Virus record (IMG/VR): IMGVR_UViG_3300027780_001580
Span: 32,001 to 96,000 of that record
Length of the DNA stretch: 64,000 nt
Strand: one strand, 5' to 3'
Origin: a virus
Taxonomy: Duplodnaviria; Caudoviricetes
Below the pieces are notes generated by a model that made no database searches, was not told the origin of the DNA, and worked only from the letters and a program-made list of their open reading frames with translations. The position numbers and the translations under genes are program-made. Below, piece after piece: positions 15,725-27,800 of this stretch; within the stretch, counting starts at the first letter, position 1; every line of letters begins with the position of its first letter.

Positions 15725-16600
15725 ATGTCAGACTTTGATATAGCTAAATTAGGTAATACAATTAAAAAGGGTGTCACAGAGGGTGCATCTGCGTTAGCGG
15801 CCGGCGTACAAAGTGCGGCACAAGATATCTCAGATTTTGTTAATGTAGATGGATTTGCTAAAAATAATCGTTCTAAGAATTTACCAATTGATGGTAATCC
15901 TCTTGCATCTGCTGATGGTAAAGTTGAATTTAAAAGACCAACTGCTAGGGATTGGCGTGTTAGGTTAAGTGTTCCGAATGTTGCTAGTTTCAAATCATCT
16001 CCACTGTTAAAGCCTTTAAGTGATACTAACGGATTAGTATTTCCGTTTACTCCTACTATTATTGTTGCACACTCTGCCAACTATAGTGCAATAGCCCCTA
16101 CACATACTAATTACCCCTATTTTGCTTATCAGAACTCACAAGTGGATCAACTTGTTATTACTGGAGACTTTTTTGTACAGAACGGAATAGAAGCACAGTA
16201 CTGGGTAGCGGCACTACATTATTTGCGTTCAGTAACTAAAATGTTTTACGGAGGGGACTCAGAAACGCTTGGAGCACCGCCTCCAATTGTTAAATTAAAC
16301 GGGTACGGTGACTTTATTTTTAACAATATTCCATGTGTGGTTACTAACTTTACAGTTGACCTTCCACAAGATGTTGATTATATTGCAACAGGACTTGACG
16401 ATATAACGATTGAAAAAACTACAGAATTATCACCAGGCAAACCTGTTACATCATCACGAAACGGGGTAAGCTGGGCACCAACACAGAGTTTAATTACAGT
16501 AACAGTACAACCTATATACAGTAGAAGAGAAATTGAACAGTTTAGTTTACAGAAATATGTAAACGGTGACTATATTAAAAACGGAAAAGGATTTATTTAA
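15725..16600 (+). CDS. Baseplate/tail-tube junction protein (gp48/gp54-like)
   Basis: Tube-initiator-like motifs LVFPFTPTI and GAPPPIVKLNGYGDFIFNNIPCVVTNF; first gene of the baseplate block. Confidence 0.6.
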   Translation: MSDFDIAKLGNTIKKGVTEGASALAAGVQSAAQDISDFVNVDGFAKNNRSKNLPIDGNPLASADGKVEFKRPTARDWRVRLSVPNVASFKSSPLLKPLSDTNGLVFPFTPTIIVAHSANYSAIAPTHTNYPYFAYQNSQVDQLVITGDFFVQNGIEAQYWVAALHYLRSVTKMFYGGDSETLGAPPPIVKLNGYGDFIFNNIPCVVTNFTVDLPQDVDYIATGLDDITIEKTTELSPGKPVTSSRNGVSWAPTQSLITVTVQPIYSRREIEQFSLQKYVNGDYIKNGKGFI

Positions 16601-16908
16601 TGGCAACTAATTACGGTTCATCAAGTCCTTGGTTTAACACACCTGATAACCAAAGCGGCGAATATTTAGACTTAATGAGAATTCGCACTATACCTGCATC
16701 ACCAGATGATGTATTATATGAAATAGAACCGCAATACAATTATCGACCAGACTTGTTAGCATATGATATGTATGGAAGTCCTAAACTATGGTGGGTATTT
16801 GCACAACGTAACATGGACACTATTAAAGATCCAATATACGATTTAAAAGTAGGCACTAAAATCTATCTACCAAAAGCATCAGCTATTGCAGATAGACTAG
16901 GGGTATAA
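16600..16908 (+). CDS. gp53: Baseplate wedge protein gp53-like (LysM-type)
   Basis: YRPDLLAYDMYGSPKLWWVFAQRN followed by GTKIYLP. Confidence 0.8.
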   Translation: MATNYGSSSPWFNTPDNQSGEYLDLMRIRTIPASPDDVLYEIEPQYNYRPDLLAYDMYGSPKLWWVFAQRNMDTIKDPIYDLKVGTKIYLPKASAIADRLGV

Positions 16909-16909
16909 G

Positions 16910-19324
16910 ATGACAACTGAAGGTGAAAAAACCGGCGGCATTGATGCAGAAAAAGACTTTACTACACAAACAGTTGAGCTAGGTGCTACAGCCGTTGACG
17001 ACTTTAACGAATTTAGAAATAACTCAGGGTCCGGTATAAGCATAGGCCAGGGTAGGTTTGGCTTTAGCCCAGGACGATCACAGGCACAGTTTGGTACTCC
17101 AACTAATAAACAATCGTCTGCAACAGTAGAACCAACTGGCACAGGTAAAACTGAAACTAGAAAAGGTGACGGCAAAATTAGAGAAAGTGTTCAGTCTAAT
17201 GAGCTCGAACAGTTCACTTCAATGAACTACATGTTTGGTCTTTACTGTTTAACTACTGAAGAAATATTAGATCCTGACAACACCTATATGAATGGTAATA
17301 GCGAACCAGAAGTTGTTATTATTAAAAGTGGCGGAGGAACTAGAAACCTCGGTGCAAGAAAAGCAATGACGTCTTTGGAAAAAGAAGGCGGCAGAGTTGA
17401 ATATTATATTGACGGCTTGGATATAGACTCAATAATTGGATATAACTCTACTACTCGTGCTGTACAACTGCACAGAGGCAGTTTTAAAGTAATTGAACCT
17501 TATAGTATGGGACAGTTTTTAGAAGCGTTACAAGTTGCGGCAAATATGGCAGGTCATCATACCTACACACAAGCAACGTTTTTGATATCAGTTGAATTTG
17601 TAGGCTATACTGGCGATAACCAAACGGTAAGAGCCGCCAAACGTATGATGCCGGTACAGTTAACAGAAGCAGGTATGACAGTTGACGGTAGCGGAACAAC
17701 ATATGAACTTACATTTTTATCAGCAGGAGCATCTGCTAATAAAAATTCAGTACAACAACTTCAAACTGATGTGCAACTTGTTGGGAATGATCTGCAAGAA
17801 GTATTACAAAGTGGAGAACAAAGTTTAACAGCAATTCTTAATAGCACTCTTATGAAAAGAGAAGAAGGTAATGATAATGAGTATGCTGATCAATATATTA
17901 TATTATTTCCACCTAAGAATGCACTACAAAGTGCTAAGGCACGTAGGGCAAGCGAAATACAAATTAACGAATTAAACTCTGACAATGAAGCCGTAGACGA
18001 TATGTCTGGGTTCTTAGAAAAAATTTCCGGAGTCGAAACTATTAAAATACAATCCGGTAAAGGTGTACAAGCACAATTAGCACAGAGTCTAAAAGAAGAT
18101 GAAATGAATGCAATTGGTAGGTCGAAATTAGTTTCTACGGCATTACAATCAGGTGAAGTACAACCGTTACCAATGGACCAAATGTATGATCCAATTAAAA
18201 AGACATATGAACTAAAACTAAACACTATCCCTGCAGACAAACGTGCATTTAAATTTGAAAAAGGTACTAAGATCAATAACATTATTGAAGAACTAGTATT
18301 AATGAGCGAATACGGAAAACAGATGCTTGAGTCAAAGCAGGTTGCAGGATACCGTGATTGGTTTAGTATTTCAACAATGGTATTTCAAGTTCCAATTGAT
18401 GGAATTGAACAACGCAAAGGTCGCCCACCGTTTATATACATTTTTAAAGTGATACCTTATGCTGTACATGCTAGTACTTGGATGGCTCCAGGAGATATTG
18501 CTCCAGAGGCTCCGATAAATGATATTGCAAGAGAATACAATTATTTGTACACAGGCAAAAACAAAAATGTTTTAAACTTTGATTTAACATTTAACGCAAG
18601 ATTTTTAACACCAATTCCAAGAGATCAAGCGGGAGACACAAGTACAGCACAAAATGCTGGTGATTCGGCAACTGCCAATGAAGAAGATACATCAAAAAAA
18701 ATAGTGGCTGATGCAGGCAAGGAAGAAAAACCAATAGTACCACTTAAATCAACTCTTGAATCTGATATTGAAATTATTACATCAGGTATGCGAGCAGTAC
18801 CTTCGGACACTAAAGAAGTAATTGCAAGAACATTTCATAAAGCACTTGTTAACAGCGGATTAGACTTGGTTGAAGTACAATTAGAAATTATGGGAGATCC
18901 GTATTTCTTAAGTGATAGCGGAACAGGCAATTACCAATCAGCAGAAGGATCAACTTGGTACCAAGACGCAGATGGTCAAATAGATCATGTACGTTCTCAA
19001 CAGTTTGTACGATTGAATTTTAAAACACCATACGATTATAGTTCTAGTAGTTCAACTATAGAATTTCCAACAGTACAATCAGAAACTGATGGAGTGACAG
19101 TTAGACAGTTTAGTGGATTATATAAAGTTAATGAAGTAAAACATACATTTGATAGCGGGAAATTTACACAAATGCTAACGTTACTAAGAATGAACAATCA
19201 AGCAGAGCTTGACTACAAAAACAAACAAGCTGGAGAAAAGGTTGGTGCAAGTTTGGAAGGTGGTGCAGATAAAACTACTACACTTACTAACAGTTCAAAC
19301 TCCAGTAGAGGAATGCAGAGATAA
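16910..19324 (+). CDS. Baseplate hub protein (gp27/GPD-like)
   Basis: C-terminal LEIMGDPY and FSGLYKVNEVKHTFDSGKFTQMLTL are typical of hub proteins; lies between gp53 and gp5. Confidence 0.7.
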   Translation: MTTEGEKTGGIDAEKDFTTQTVELGATAVDDFNEFRNNSGSGISIGQGRFGFSPGRSQAQFGTPTNKQSSATVEPTGTGKTETRKGDGKIRESVQSNELEQFTSMNYMFGLYCLTTEEILDPDNTYMNGNSEPEVVIIKSGGGTRNLGARKAMTSLEKEGGRVEYYIDGLDIDSIIGYNSTTRAVQLHRGSFKVIEPYSMGQFLEALQVAANMAGHHTYTQATFLISVEFVGYTGDNQTVRAAKRMMPVQLTEAGMTVDGSGTTYELTFLSAGASANKNSVQQLQTDVQLVGNDLQEVLQSGEQSLTAILNSTLMKREEGNDNEYADQYIILFPPKNALQSAKARRASEIQINELNSDNEAVDDMSGFLEKISGVETIKIQSGKGVQAQLAQSLKEDEMNAIGRSKLVSTALQSGEVQPLPMDQMYDPIKKTYELKLNTIPADKRAFKFEKGTKINNIIEELVLMSEYGKQMLESKQVAGYRDWFSISTMVFQVPIDGIEQRKGRPPFIYIFKVIPYAVHASTWMAPGDIAPEAPINDIAREYNYLYTGKNKNVLNFDLTFNARFLTPIPRDQAGDTSTAQNAGDSATANEEDTSKKIVADAGKEEKPIVPLKSTLESDIEIITSGMRAVPSDTKEVIARTFHKALVNSGLDLVEVQLEIMGDPYFLSDSGTGNYQSAEGSTWYQDADGQIDHVRSQQFVRLNFKTPYDYSSSSSTIEFPTVQSETDGVTVRQFSGLYKVNEVKHTFDSGKFTQMLTLLRMNNQAELDYKNKQAGEKVGASLEGGADKTTTLTNSSNSSRGMQR

Positions 19325-20877
19325 TGTATAGTCCATTAATAGATCAAGTATCAGTTCACAAAGTTCCGGTAATGTTCCCTGGACCATATCTTGCTAAGGT
19401 TGTTAGTTTTGTTGATTCTGAATATATGGGAACTTTACAAGTTCAGTTATTAAAAACTACAACAACAGGTAACTCAAACTTTGCAAACGGCTCAATGTAT
19501 CAAGCAAGATATTTGTCACCATTTACAGGGCAAACTCCAAGAGCAGGAGTAACAAAAAATGACGGGTACCGAGATTCACAACAAAGTTATGGCATGTGGA
19601 TGATTCCGCCTGATATTGGAACACAGGTTCTTATAATTTTTGCAGAAGGTAATCCCAACCAATGTTATTGGTTAGGGTGTGTACAAGATAGATATTCAAA
19701 TTTTGCAGTTCCGGGAAATGCCGCAACATCACACACTACAAAAACTGAACCTGAAAAAATGCAGGGTGCAAAATTACCTGTAACAGAGTATAACAAAGAA
19801 ACTGAATCAGGTTTAGGTCAAGACCCAACTAAGTTTAAAAAACCGTTCCAAGAAGATTTTACAAATGGTCTTATTGAGCAAGGTCTAATTTTTGACGAAG
19901 CAAGAGGCATTACAACATCAAGTGCTAGACGAGAAGTTCCTAGTGCAGTTTTTGGATTTAATACTCCAGGTCCGATTGACAAACGCCCAGGTGCTCCAAA
20001 AACAAAAATAGGAACATTAGAAGGAAATGCCGATGTCTTTAAATCAAGACTTGGCGGCACATCACTTGTAGCAGATGATGGCGATGATAAATTTTTAAGA
20101 AAAACTACAGCCGAAGATGGTCCTCCAGAGTATGCTGATGTAATGGCTAATGAAACTGATGGTAAGCCAGACCTTCCACACAACGAATTATTCCGTGTGC
20201 GTACTAGAACAGGGCATCAAATACTTTTACATAATAGTGAAGATTTAATTTATGTGGGTAATGCTAGAGGAACAAGTTGGATTGAACTTACAAGCGATGG
20301 CAAAGTTGATATATATGCCGGCGATAGTATTAGTATGCACACTAAGAATGATTTTAACTTTACAGCAGACCGTAATGTTACAATTGAAGCTGGTGCTAAC
20401 TTGTACTTAAAAGCAAGTGGAAATTACACAGGAACAAAAGCTGGCAAAGGAAAAATACAAATAGAGTCAAGTGCTGACACAAACATATTAATCGGTGCAA
20501 ACGGAAAAATTACAACATCAACTAACTTTGATTTAAACACAGGTAGTGCAAACAAGTTCACAGCAGGAACAACGTCAGACTTTAATAGTGGTGGAAATCA
20601 TACAGAAACAGCATCAAACATTCATATGAATGGTCCAACAGCCGCAACAGCTGATCCAGTTAGTGCATTGAATACACATACTGTTCCAGGAGAAGAATCA
20701 CCGGTACTAGTACAGCGTGTTCCACAACATGAACCATGGGGTTGGCATGAAAATTTAAATCCTACAGCACACAAGCCGTTTGCTACAGATAGAGACAATA
20801 ATTTTACAACTAAGAATGATAAACCAACGCCTAGAATTCCTGATACGTTTAATAAAGACAGTAAAACCAATGGATAA
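19324..20877 (+). CDS. gp5: Central spike gp5/VgrG-like (OB fold plus beta-helix, no lysozyme domain seen)
   Basis: OB-fold motif GMWMIPPDIGTQVLIIFAEG, then RTRTGHQILLHNSE and WIELTSDGKVDIY with beta-helix repeats. Confidence 0.8.
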   Translation: MYSPLIDQVSVHKVPVMFPGPYLAKVVSFVDSEYMGTLQVQLLKTTTTGNSNFANGSMYQARYLSPFTGQTPRAGVTKNDGYRDSQQSYGMWMIPPDIGTQVLIIFAEGNPNQCYWLGCVQDRYSNFAVPGNAATSHTTKTEPEKMQGAKLPVTEYNKETESGLGQDPTKFKKPFQEDFTNGLIEQGLIFDEARGITTSSARREVPSAVFGFNTPGPIDKRPGAPKTKIGTLEGNADVFKSRLGGTSLVADDGDDKFLRKTTAEDGPPEYADVMANETDGKPDLPHNELFRVRTRTGHQILLHNSEDLIYVGNARGTSWIELTSDGKVDIYAGDSISMHTKNDFNFTADRNVTIEAGANLYLKASGNYTGTKAGKGKIQIESSADTNILIGANGKITTSTNFDLNTGSANKFTAGTTSDFNSGGNHTETASNIHMNGPTAATADPVSALNTHTVPGEESPVLVQRVPQHEPWGWHENLNPTAHKPFATDRDNNFTTKNDKPTPRIPDTFNKDSKTNG

Positions 20878-20899
20878 AAATTAAGGTAAATATAGTACT

Positions 20900-21337
20900 A
20901 TGGCAAGCGAATTATATAAAAATATTACAGTTACATCATCTAGTAGCCCGGGTAACCCGGCAACTGCTAATCGTGCCTATAGAGGGCTTAGTACTGTTAA
21001 CCCAGAAAACGTAAGTAAGACGTTATATGACATTGGGTTAATTAAACAAGATTTATTAAATCATTTTCATATCAGACAAGGGGAAAAACTAGAAAATCCT
21101 GAGTTTGGTACAATTATATGGGACGCTATCTTTGAACCAATGACACCGTCAATGGAAGAAGCAATAGCTGAAAATGTTAAACAGATTGTAAATTCAGATC
21201 CAAGAATAGTTGTTAACAAAATTGTTATTGATTCATACGAGAGTGGTATTATTATCGACTGTGATCTAACATATTTGCCTTACAATATCAGTGAAAAGAT
21301 GCGTCTAACATTTGACGAGAGTGCGGGAGTGAATTAA
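20900..21337 (+). CDS. gp25: Baseplate wedge subunit gp25 (sheath initiator)
   Basis: LIKQDLLNHFHIRQGEKLENPEFGTIIWDAIFEP and DPRI. GGTAAATA at 20885-20892 lies upstream. Confidence 0.9.
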   Translation: MASELYKNITVTSSSSPGNPATANRAYRGLSTVNPENVSKTLYDIGLIKQDLLNHFHIRQGEKLENPEFGTIIWDAIFEPMTPSMEEAIAENVKQIVNSDPRIVVNKIVIDSYESGIIIDCDLTYLPYNISEKMRLTFDESAGVN

Positions 21338-21390
21338 GTACACACTTAACGCAATACAATAAATAGTACTATACTAAGGAAAGCAAACAA

Positions 21391-24300
21391 ATGGCGTCAA
21401 CAGATAGACAGAACAGATTACTAATAGCGGAGGATTGGGCCAAGGTCTATCAGTCTTTCCGTAATGCTGAATTTAAATCATACGATTTTGATAATTTACG
21501 CAGAACTATGATTAATTACCTCAGAGAAAATTATCCTGAGGACTTTAACGATTACATTGAATCAAGTGAATACTTGGCACTTATTGACCTTATTGCTTTC
21601 CTAGGACAAAACGTTGCTTTCCGTGTTGACTTAAATGCTAGAGAAAACTTTTTAGAACTTGCATCTCGTAGAGAAAGCGTACTAAGACTAGCACGTTTAC
21701 TTTCTTATAATCCTAAGCGTAATAAACCAGCTAACGGATTGCTTAAAATGGAAAGTGTTTCAACTACAGAAGATGTAATTGATAGCAACGGAACAAATGT
21801 AGCTAGCCAATCAGTTATTTGGAACGACCCAAGTAACGCTACTTGGAGAGAGCAGTTTGAAAGAGTACTAAATGCCGCATTGCCTTTAAATTCGCAGTTT
21901 GGTAAACCAATTAAAAAAGACTCAGTAGAAGGTGTACCTACAGACCAATACAGATTTAACGCTTCCAATACTGATGTTCCTGTTTATACTTTTAGTAAAA
22001 ACGTTGATGGTAGAAGTTTACAGTTTCAGATTGTTTCTACAGATGTTAGTAACGGTGTAATTTCAGAAGAAGCACCATTACCAGGAAACAGTTTAGGATT
22101 TCTTTTTAGAGATGATGGCAGAGGACCAGGATCAACTAACGCAGGATTTTTTGCACACTTCCGTCAGGGAGTTATTGATACAGGGGCATTTAACATTGAC
22201 ACGCCTAGCACTAACCAAGTTGTAAGTATTGATTCAATAGATGTCAACAACGATGATGTTTGGCTTTATAAGTTAAATTCAATTGGTGCAGAGGACGAGT
22301 TATGGACTAAAGTTGATGCTGTTGAAGGTAATAACATTGTTTACAATAGTACAAGAAAAAATCAAAGAAACATTTTTGCTGTATTAACAAAAACACAAGA
22401 TGCAATTGATATGATCTTTAGTGACGGAGTATTTGGTAATCTTCCTAAAGGGGCATTTAGAGCATACTATAGAAGTAGTGCTAATGATTCGTTTAATATT
22501 GTTCCTAAAGACTTAACAAATATTTCTGTAGCAGTTCCGTACATATCTAAAGCAGGAAATTCTGAAACACTAAATTTAGCATTTTCTTTGAAGTACACAG
22601 TTGACAATGCAAGTAGAAGCGAAACTAACGCAAGTATTAGAGCAAACGCTCCGTCAACTTATTATACACAAAATAGAATGGTAACTGGTGAAGACTACCA
22701 AGTAGCACCACTAGGTATTAGCCAAGAAATTATTAAAGTTAAAACTGTTAATAGATCCGCAAGTGGAATTAGTAGGTATTACGACTTATTAGATTCTACA
22801 GGAAAATATTCAAATACTAGTTTGTTTGGAACAGACGGTCTTCTTTACAAAGAATTAACAGAAAGTAAAGAACAGTTTACATTTAGTACTAGAACAGATG
22901 TTGAAGGAACTATTGAAAATATAATTACACCACTGTTGTCAAAAACATCTGTAATTAACTATTACCTTGATAAGTTTCCAAAGGTCCTAGTTGCAGATTT
23001 ACAAGCAAAATGGTCACAACTATCTACAGCAACAAATTATAGTACGGGTAAGTTTTTAGACTCACAAGATGCTACATATCAAGTTGGAACATTTACTGGT
23101 AGTGGACTACGATTTATTGAACCAGGAAGTTTAATTAAATTTGTAGCACCAACAGGCCAATACTTTAATAGCAACGGAACACTAGGAACGGGTAGTATAT
23201 TACCAACCAATGCAACAGATTACGTTTGGACAAAAGTAGTAAGTGTTGCAGGTGACGGCAGAACAAACAATATTGACGGTACTGGACCAATTGCATTTAA
23301 TGATATTATTCCAGCTAACGCAGTACTAGCGGAAATTAGACCAAAGTTTAGTAAGGCATTAGTAACTGACATTAAGACCCAGTTAATTGATCAAGTGTTT
23401 GCATACAGAACATTTGGGTTAAGATACGATGCTAATTTAAGACAGTGGCGTTTAGTTACAGAAAATAATTTAGATATTACAAGTAATTTTAGTACAGGTA
23501 AAACAGGTGATATTACAAACCAACAACTTGATGCAAGTTGGTTATTATTGTTTGAAACTGACGGAGCAACATATACTATTAGTTATAGAGGACTAAGATA
23601 CGTATTTGAAAGCAATGAAGAAATTAGATTCTTCTACGATAGCGAACAGAAAATTTACGATAATAAAACAGGGCAAATTGTTAAAGATAAAATTAGCGTA
23701 TTATCTATTAATACTTTACCAGACGGTACTGCACCATTTAGTAGTGATTATCCTTGGCAAATTGTTAAAGAATACAGAGACCCAGAAGGGTACATTGATA
23801 GTAAAAAGATTGAAGTTGGATTCTTTGATACTGATGATGATTCGGTAGTTGATGATCCTGATACATTTAACGTATTAATTTCTCCAACAACTAATGTTAA
23901 CTCAAAGTTTATTTTCTTAAAGAAATATATAACATCTGATAACATTGAAGATTTTAAATATTGTGACAATGCTGATGAAAATATTACAGTAGTTACTAAC
24001 GATGGGTTTATACAGCTATCAGGTATGCCAACTGGAAAAGTATTTTATGTTGTAAGCACAGAAGTGTTTAAGAAGTATAATGCAACTACAGGATTGTTAA
24101 CACAAACAACAGACTATAAAGCCTACGTAGGCAGAGACAAATTAAAGTTCCATTATGTGCATACAGCAGATGATGATAATCGTATTGATCCAAGTAGTAC
24201 AAACATTAATGATTGTTACTTATTAACAAAGAAATATGATGCATCGTTTAGACAGTATTTGAGAGGAGTAACACCAGCGTTACCTTTACCTCCAAGTAGT

Positions 24301-24828
24301 GATAATTTGTTTAATAGCTACGGAGCAGAGATTAATAAAATTAAGTCAATTAGTGACGAAGTTATATATCACCCAGTTAAATACAAAGTACTATTTGGTG
24401 CAAAAGCAGAAACAAACATGCAGGCAACATTTAAAATTGTAAAAAATTCAGAACAAGTTGTAAATGACAATGATATTAAATCAAAGGTTATTACAGCAAT
24501 TAACGAATTCTTTGCACTTGAGAATTGGGACTTTGGAGATACATTTTACTTCACTGAACTAAGCACATATGTAATGAATCAAGTTTCACCAGATTTAGTA
24601 AGTTTAATCATTGTACCAAGGCAGACTGAACAGTCGTTTGGTAGTTTATTTGAAATAAGAAGTGAAGCAGACGAAATTTTTATTAGCGGAGCAACAGTTG
24701 ATGACATTACAGTTATTGATGCTATTACCGCAAGTAGAATACAAGCATCAGGAACTGTTGTTACTGCATCAGGCACGACAACAAGCAACGGAATTACAAG
24801 TGGCACTACATACAGTAGTGGCTATTAA
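21391..24828 (+). CDS. gp6: Baseplate wedge subunit gp6-like
   Basis: DFDNLRRTMINYL, ENFLELASRRESVLRLARLLSYNP, FSDGVFGNLP and QNRMVTGEDY. AATAAATA promoter at 21358-21365. Confidence 0.88.
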   Translation: MASTDRQNRLLIAEDWAKVYQSFRNAEFKSYDFDNLRRTMINYLRENYPEDFNDYIESSEYLALIDLIAFLGQNVAFRVDLNARENFLELASRRESVLRLARLLSYNPKRNKPANGLLKMESVSTTEDVIDSNGTNVASQSVIWNDPSNATWREQFERVLNAALPLNSQFGKPIKKDSVEGVPTDQYRFNASNTDVPVYTFSKNVDGRSLQFQIVSTDVSNGVISEEAPLPGNSLGFLFRDDGRGPGSTNAGFFAHFRQGVIDTGAFNIDTPSTNQVVSIDSIDVNNDDVWLYKLNSIGAEDELWTKVDAVEGNNIVYNSTRKNQRNIFAVLTKTQDAIDMIFSDGVFGNLPKGAFRAYYRSSANDSFNIVPKDLTNISVAVPYISKAGNSETLNLAFSLKYTVDNASRSETNASIRANAPSTYYTQNRMVTGEDYQVAPLGISQEIIKVKTVNRSASGISRYYDLLDSTGKYSNTSLFGTDGLLYKELTESKEQFTFSTRTDVEGTIENIITPLLSKTSVINYYLDKFPKVLVADLQAKWSQLSTATNYSTGKFLDSQDATYQVGTFTGSGLRFIEPGSLIKFVAPTGQYFNSNGTLGTGSILPTNATDYVWTKVVSVAGDGRTNNIDGTGPIAFNDIIPANAVLAEIRPKFSKALVTDIKTQLIDQVFAYRTFGLRYDANLRQWRLVTENNLDITSNFSTGKTGDITNQQLDASWLLLFETDGATYTISYRGLRYVFESNEEIRFFYDSEQKIYDNKTGQIVKDKISVLSINTLPDGTAPFSSDYPWQIVKEYRDPEGYIDSKKIEVGFFDTDDDSVVDDPDTFNVLISPTTNVNSKFIFLKKYITSDNIEDFKYCDNADENITVVTNDGFIQLSGMPTGKVFYVVSTEVFKKYNATTGLLTQTTDYKAYVGRDKLKFHYVHTADDDNRIDPSSTNINDCYLLTKKYDASFRQYLRGVTPALPLPPSSDNLFNSYGAEINKIKSISDEVIYHPVKYKVLFGAKAETNMQATFKIVKNSEQVVNDNDIKSKVITAINEFFALENWDFGDTFYFTELSTYVMNQVSPDLVSLIIVPRQTEQSFGSLFEIRSEADEIFISGATVDDITVIDAITASRIQASGTVVTASGTTTSNGITSGTTYSSGY

Positions 24829-24843
24829 TGGGGAATAGTCTAA

Positions 24844-27800
24844 ATGGCTTTTAATGATAATCAATCTGATAACGCTCTTCCAGTAGGTGCAAATCAGTCG
24901 AAGCGAACTAGTGCAGACCATCTTCCTAAGTATTTTAGAACAGATTCTAATAAGAAGTTTCTAAGTGCTACATTAGATCAGCTTTTAAATCCAGGCGTTG
25001 CTGAAAAAATATCAGCATACTACGGTAGACGAATTGCCAAGGCTAGAACAGCCAGTGATAACTATGTTTCAGATGTAAATGCTGATAGAGAAAATTATCA
25101 ATTTGAACCTGCTACAGTTATTCAAGATGAATTAGACAACGTTACGTTTTATAAAGACTACAACGATTATAAAAATCAGATTAAAGCGTTCAACGGCACA
25201 GTTTCAAACGATAGTGTATTAAACAGACAAGAGTACTATGCTTGGAACCCACATGTTAATTGGGACAAGTTTACAAACTTTAGAGAATACTATTGGTTAC
25301 CAAATGGTCCAATAGGTATTGGTGTTGCTGGCCAAGCCAAAGACATTGATAGTACATTTACAGTTACAAGTGAAGACAATCTTGATAACACAGCGTATGT
25401 ATTTTCACCAGATGGCAAAACACAGAATCCGTCATTAAAATTATTTAGAGGACAAACATATACGTTTATTCTTAATACTCCTGGTATGCCTTTAACTTTT
25501 AGAACGCAAAGAAGTTTAGATTCAGAAGTACTGTATACTGACGGTATTGACGACAGTACACAAACAACAGACATTGGAACAATTACTTTTAGAGTAGATA
25601 TTAATGCTCCGGATACATTATACTATATTAACGGAAACGATATTAATACCAGTGGACTAATTAAAATTTACGATGTTGTAGAAAATAGTTCAATTGATGT
25701 TGATGCAGAAATCATTGGCAAACAAGAATATACAATGTCAAATGGATATAAACTATCCAATGGAATGAAGCTATATTTCCAAGGTACAGTTACTCCTGCA
25801 AAGTATGCACAGGGCGAGTGGTATGTTGAAGGTGTTGGCGAAAAGATTAAATTAGTATCAGACGAAAATGTTATGATACCAGGAACTTATGCTACAGATA
25901 AACCTGTACCATTTGATTCAGACGCATTTGATAGACTTCCTTTTAGTAATGCAAACAGCTTTGCAGGATCTAAAGATTATGTTTGTATGAACAAGTCAAG
26001 TAATGATTTAAATCCGTGGGCAAGGTATAACAGATGGACACATAAAACTGTTATTGAAGCTACTGCAACTATTAATGGTATTATACCTGAAATTGATCAA
26101 GCAAATAGAGCTAAACGTCCTATTATTGAATTTAATGAAAACATTAAACTTTACAAGTTTGGTACATATGCAAAAACAAATGTAGACTTAATTGATACTT
26201 ATACTACTGATGTATTTTCAACAGTTGAAGGTGCGTTAGGTTACAACATTGACGATGTTGAAGTTGCAGACGACATGCGTGTATTGTTTACTGCTGATCC
26301 AGATTCCTTTGTGTCAGGCAAGATTTTCAAAATAAAATATATTACACACAACAATGTTAGACAGATTAGTTTAATTGAAGAAACTGATACAACACCATTA
26401 TTAAATGAAGTAGTGTTAGTTGAATCTGGTACTACTAACAAAGGTAAAATGTGGTATTACGATGGAACTAAATGGTGTCTAGCACAAGAAAAGACAGCAA
26501 TTAACCAAACTCCTATGTTTGATTTGTTTGATAGCAATGGTGTTACGTATTCTAACGCAACAACATATAAAAGCACAACCTTTACTGGTAACAAACTTTT
26601 TAGCTATAAACAAGGAACAGGCACTAACGATGTAGAACTAGGATTTCCAATAAGTTATAGAGCGTTACAAAACACTGGCGATATTGAATTTGATTTTAAC
26701 TTACTAAACAGTACGTTTACGTATCAAGAAAACAATGCAGTAGTAAGTGTTAATTCTGACAAGGGTGTACTAAGACAATATTCTGATAGAGAAACATTTG
26801 CATATGTAAGTGGATGGACTAAAGGTAGTGCTGAAAGTAAACAGCTTGTTAATAGGCAGTATATTGTAACTACACAGTTTAATGATTTTGCTATTGATGT
26901 TTATGACAGAAGCGGCGACCTAAACGATTTATGGGTAAGAGCATATGTTAACGACAAACGTAAACTTGAACTTACAGACTTTGTTATTAATAGAATTAAT
27001 GGTGTAGCATATGTTACATTTACAAAGGATCTAAAAGAACACGACAACGTAGTAATTAAAACTAATAGTGCTACAACAAAAAATAGTAACGGTGTTTATG
27101 AATTTCCAATTAACTTTGAACGTAATCCTAAAAACGAAAATATTGCTTCTTTTACACTAGGCGAAGTTAACGACCATGTTGAAAGCATCACTGAATACAG
27201 AGATGACTGGACAGGAACTTTTCCAGGAACAAGTAATTTACGAGATCTAGGAAACTTATCAGCGTACGGTCATAGATTTACACAGCACAGTGGATTAACC
27301 AACCTTGCACTATATCATATAACTGATAAGAATGCAAATATTATTAAAGCACTTAAATTTGGAAGAAAAGAATACGGCAAGTTTAGAAGAACATTTTTAC
27401 AAACTGCTGAAACTTTAGGGTTTGACGGGCAAACAAGAGTACACTTTGATAAAGTATTATCAGCATTAAATCTTAATAAGACTAATGACATGCCATTTTA
27501 CTTTAGTGATATGATTGGTCATGGAATTAGTAATGTTATTACACACAAAGTTTATGATGCTGATCAAGCATATTATAGTTTAACATCAGACTTCAGCCTA
27601 ACAACTCCAACTAATACAGCAATTAGTGTATACCGCAACGATGCGTTATTGACTCACGGGGACGACTACGAATTTGAAGTAGGCTTTGAAGGATTTATAA
27701 AATTCTTAAAAGTGTTAACTGTTAATGATGTTATTACAGTATACGAATATGAAAATACTGATGGTTCATTTATTCCTGAAACTCCAACTAAGTTAGGATT

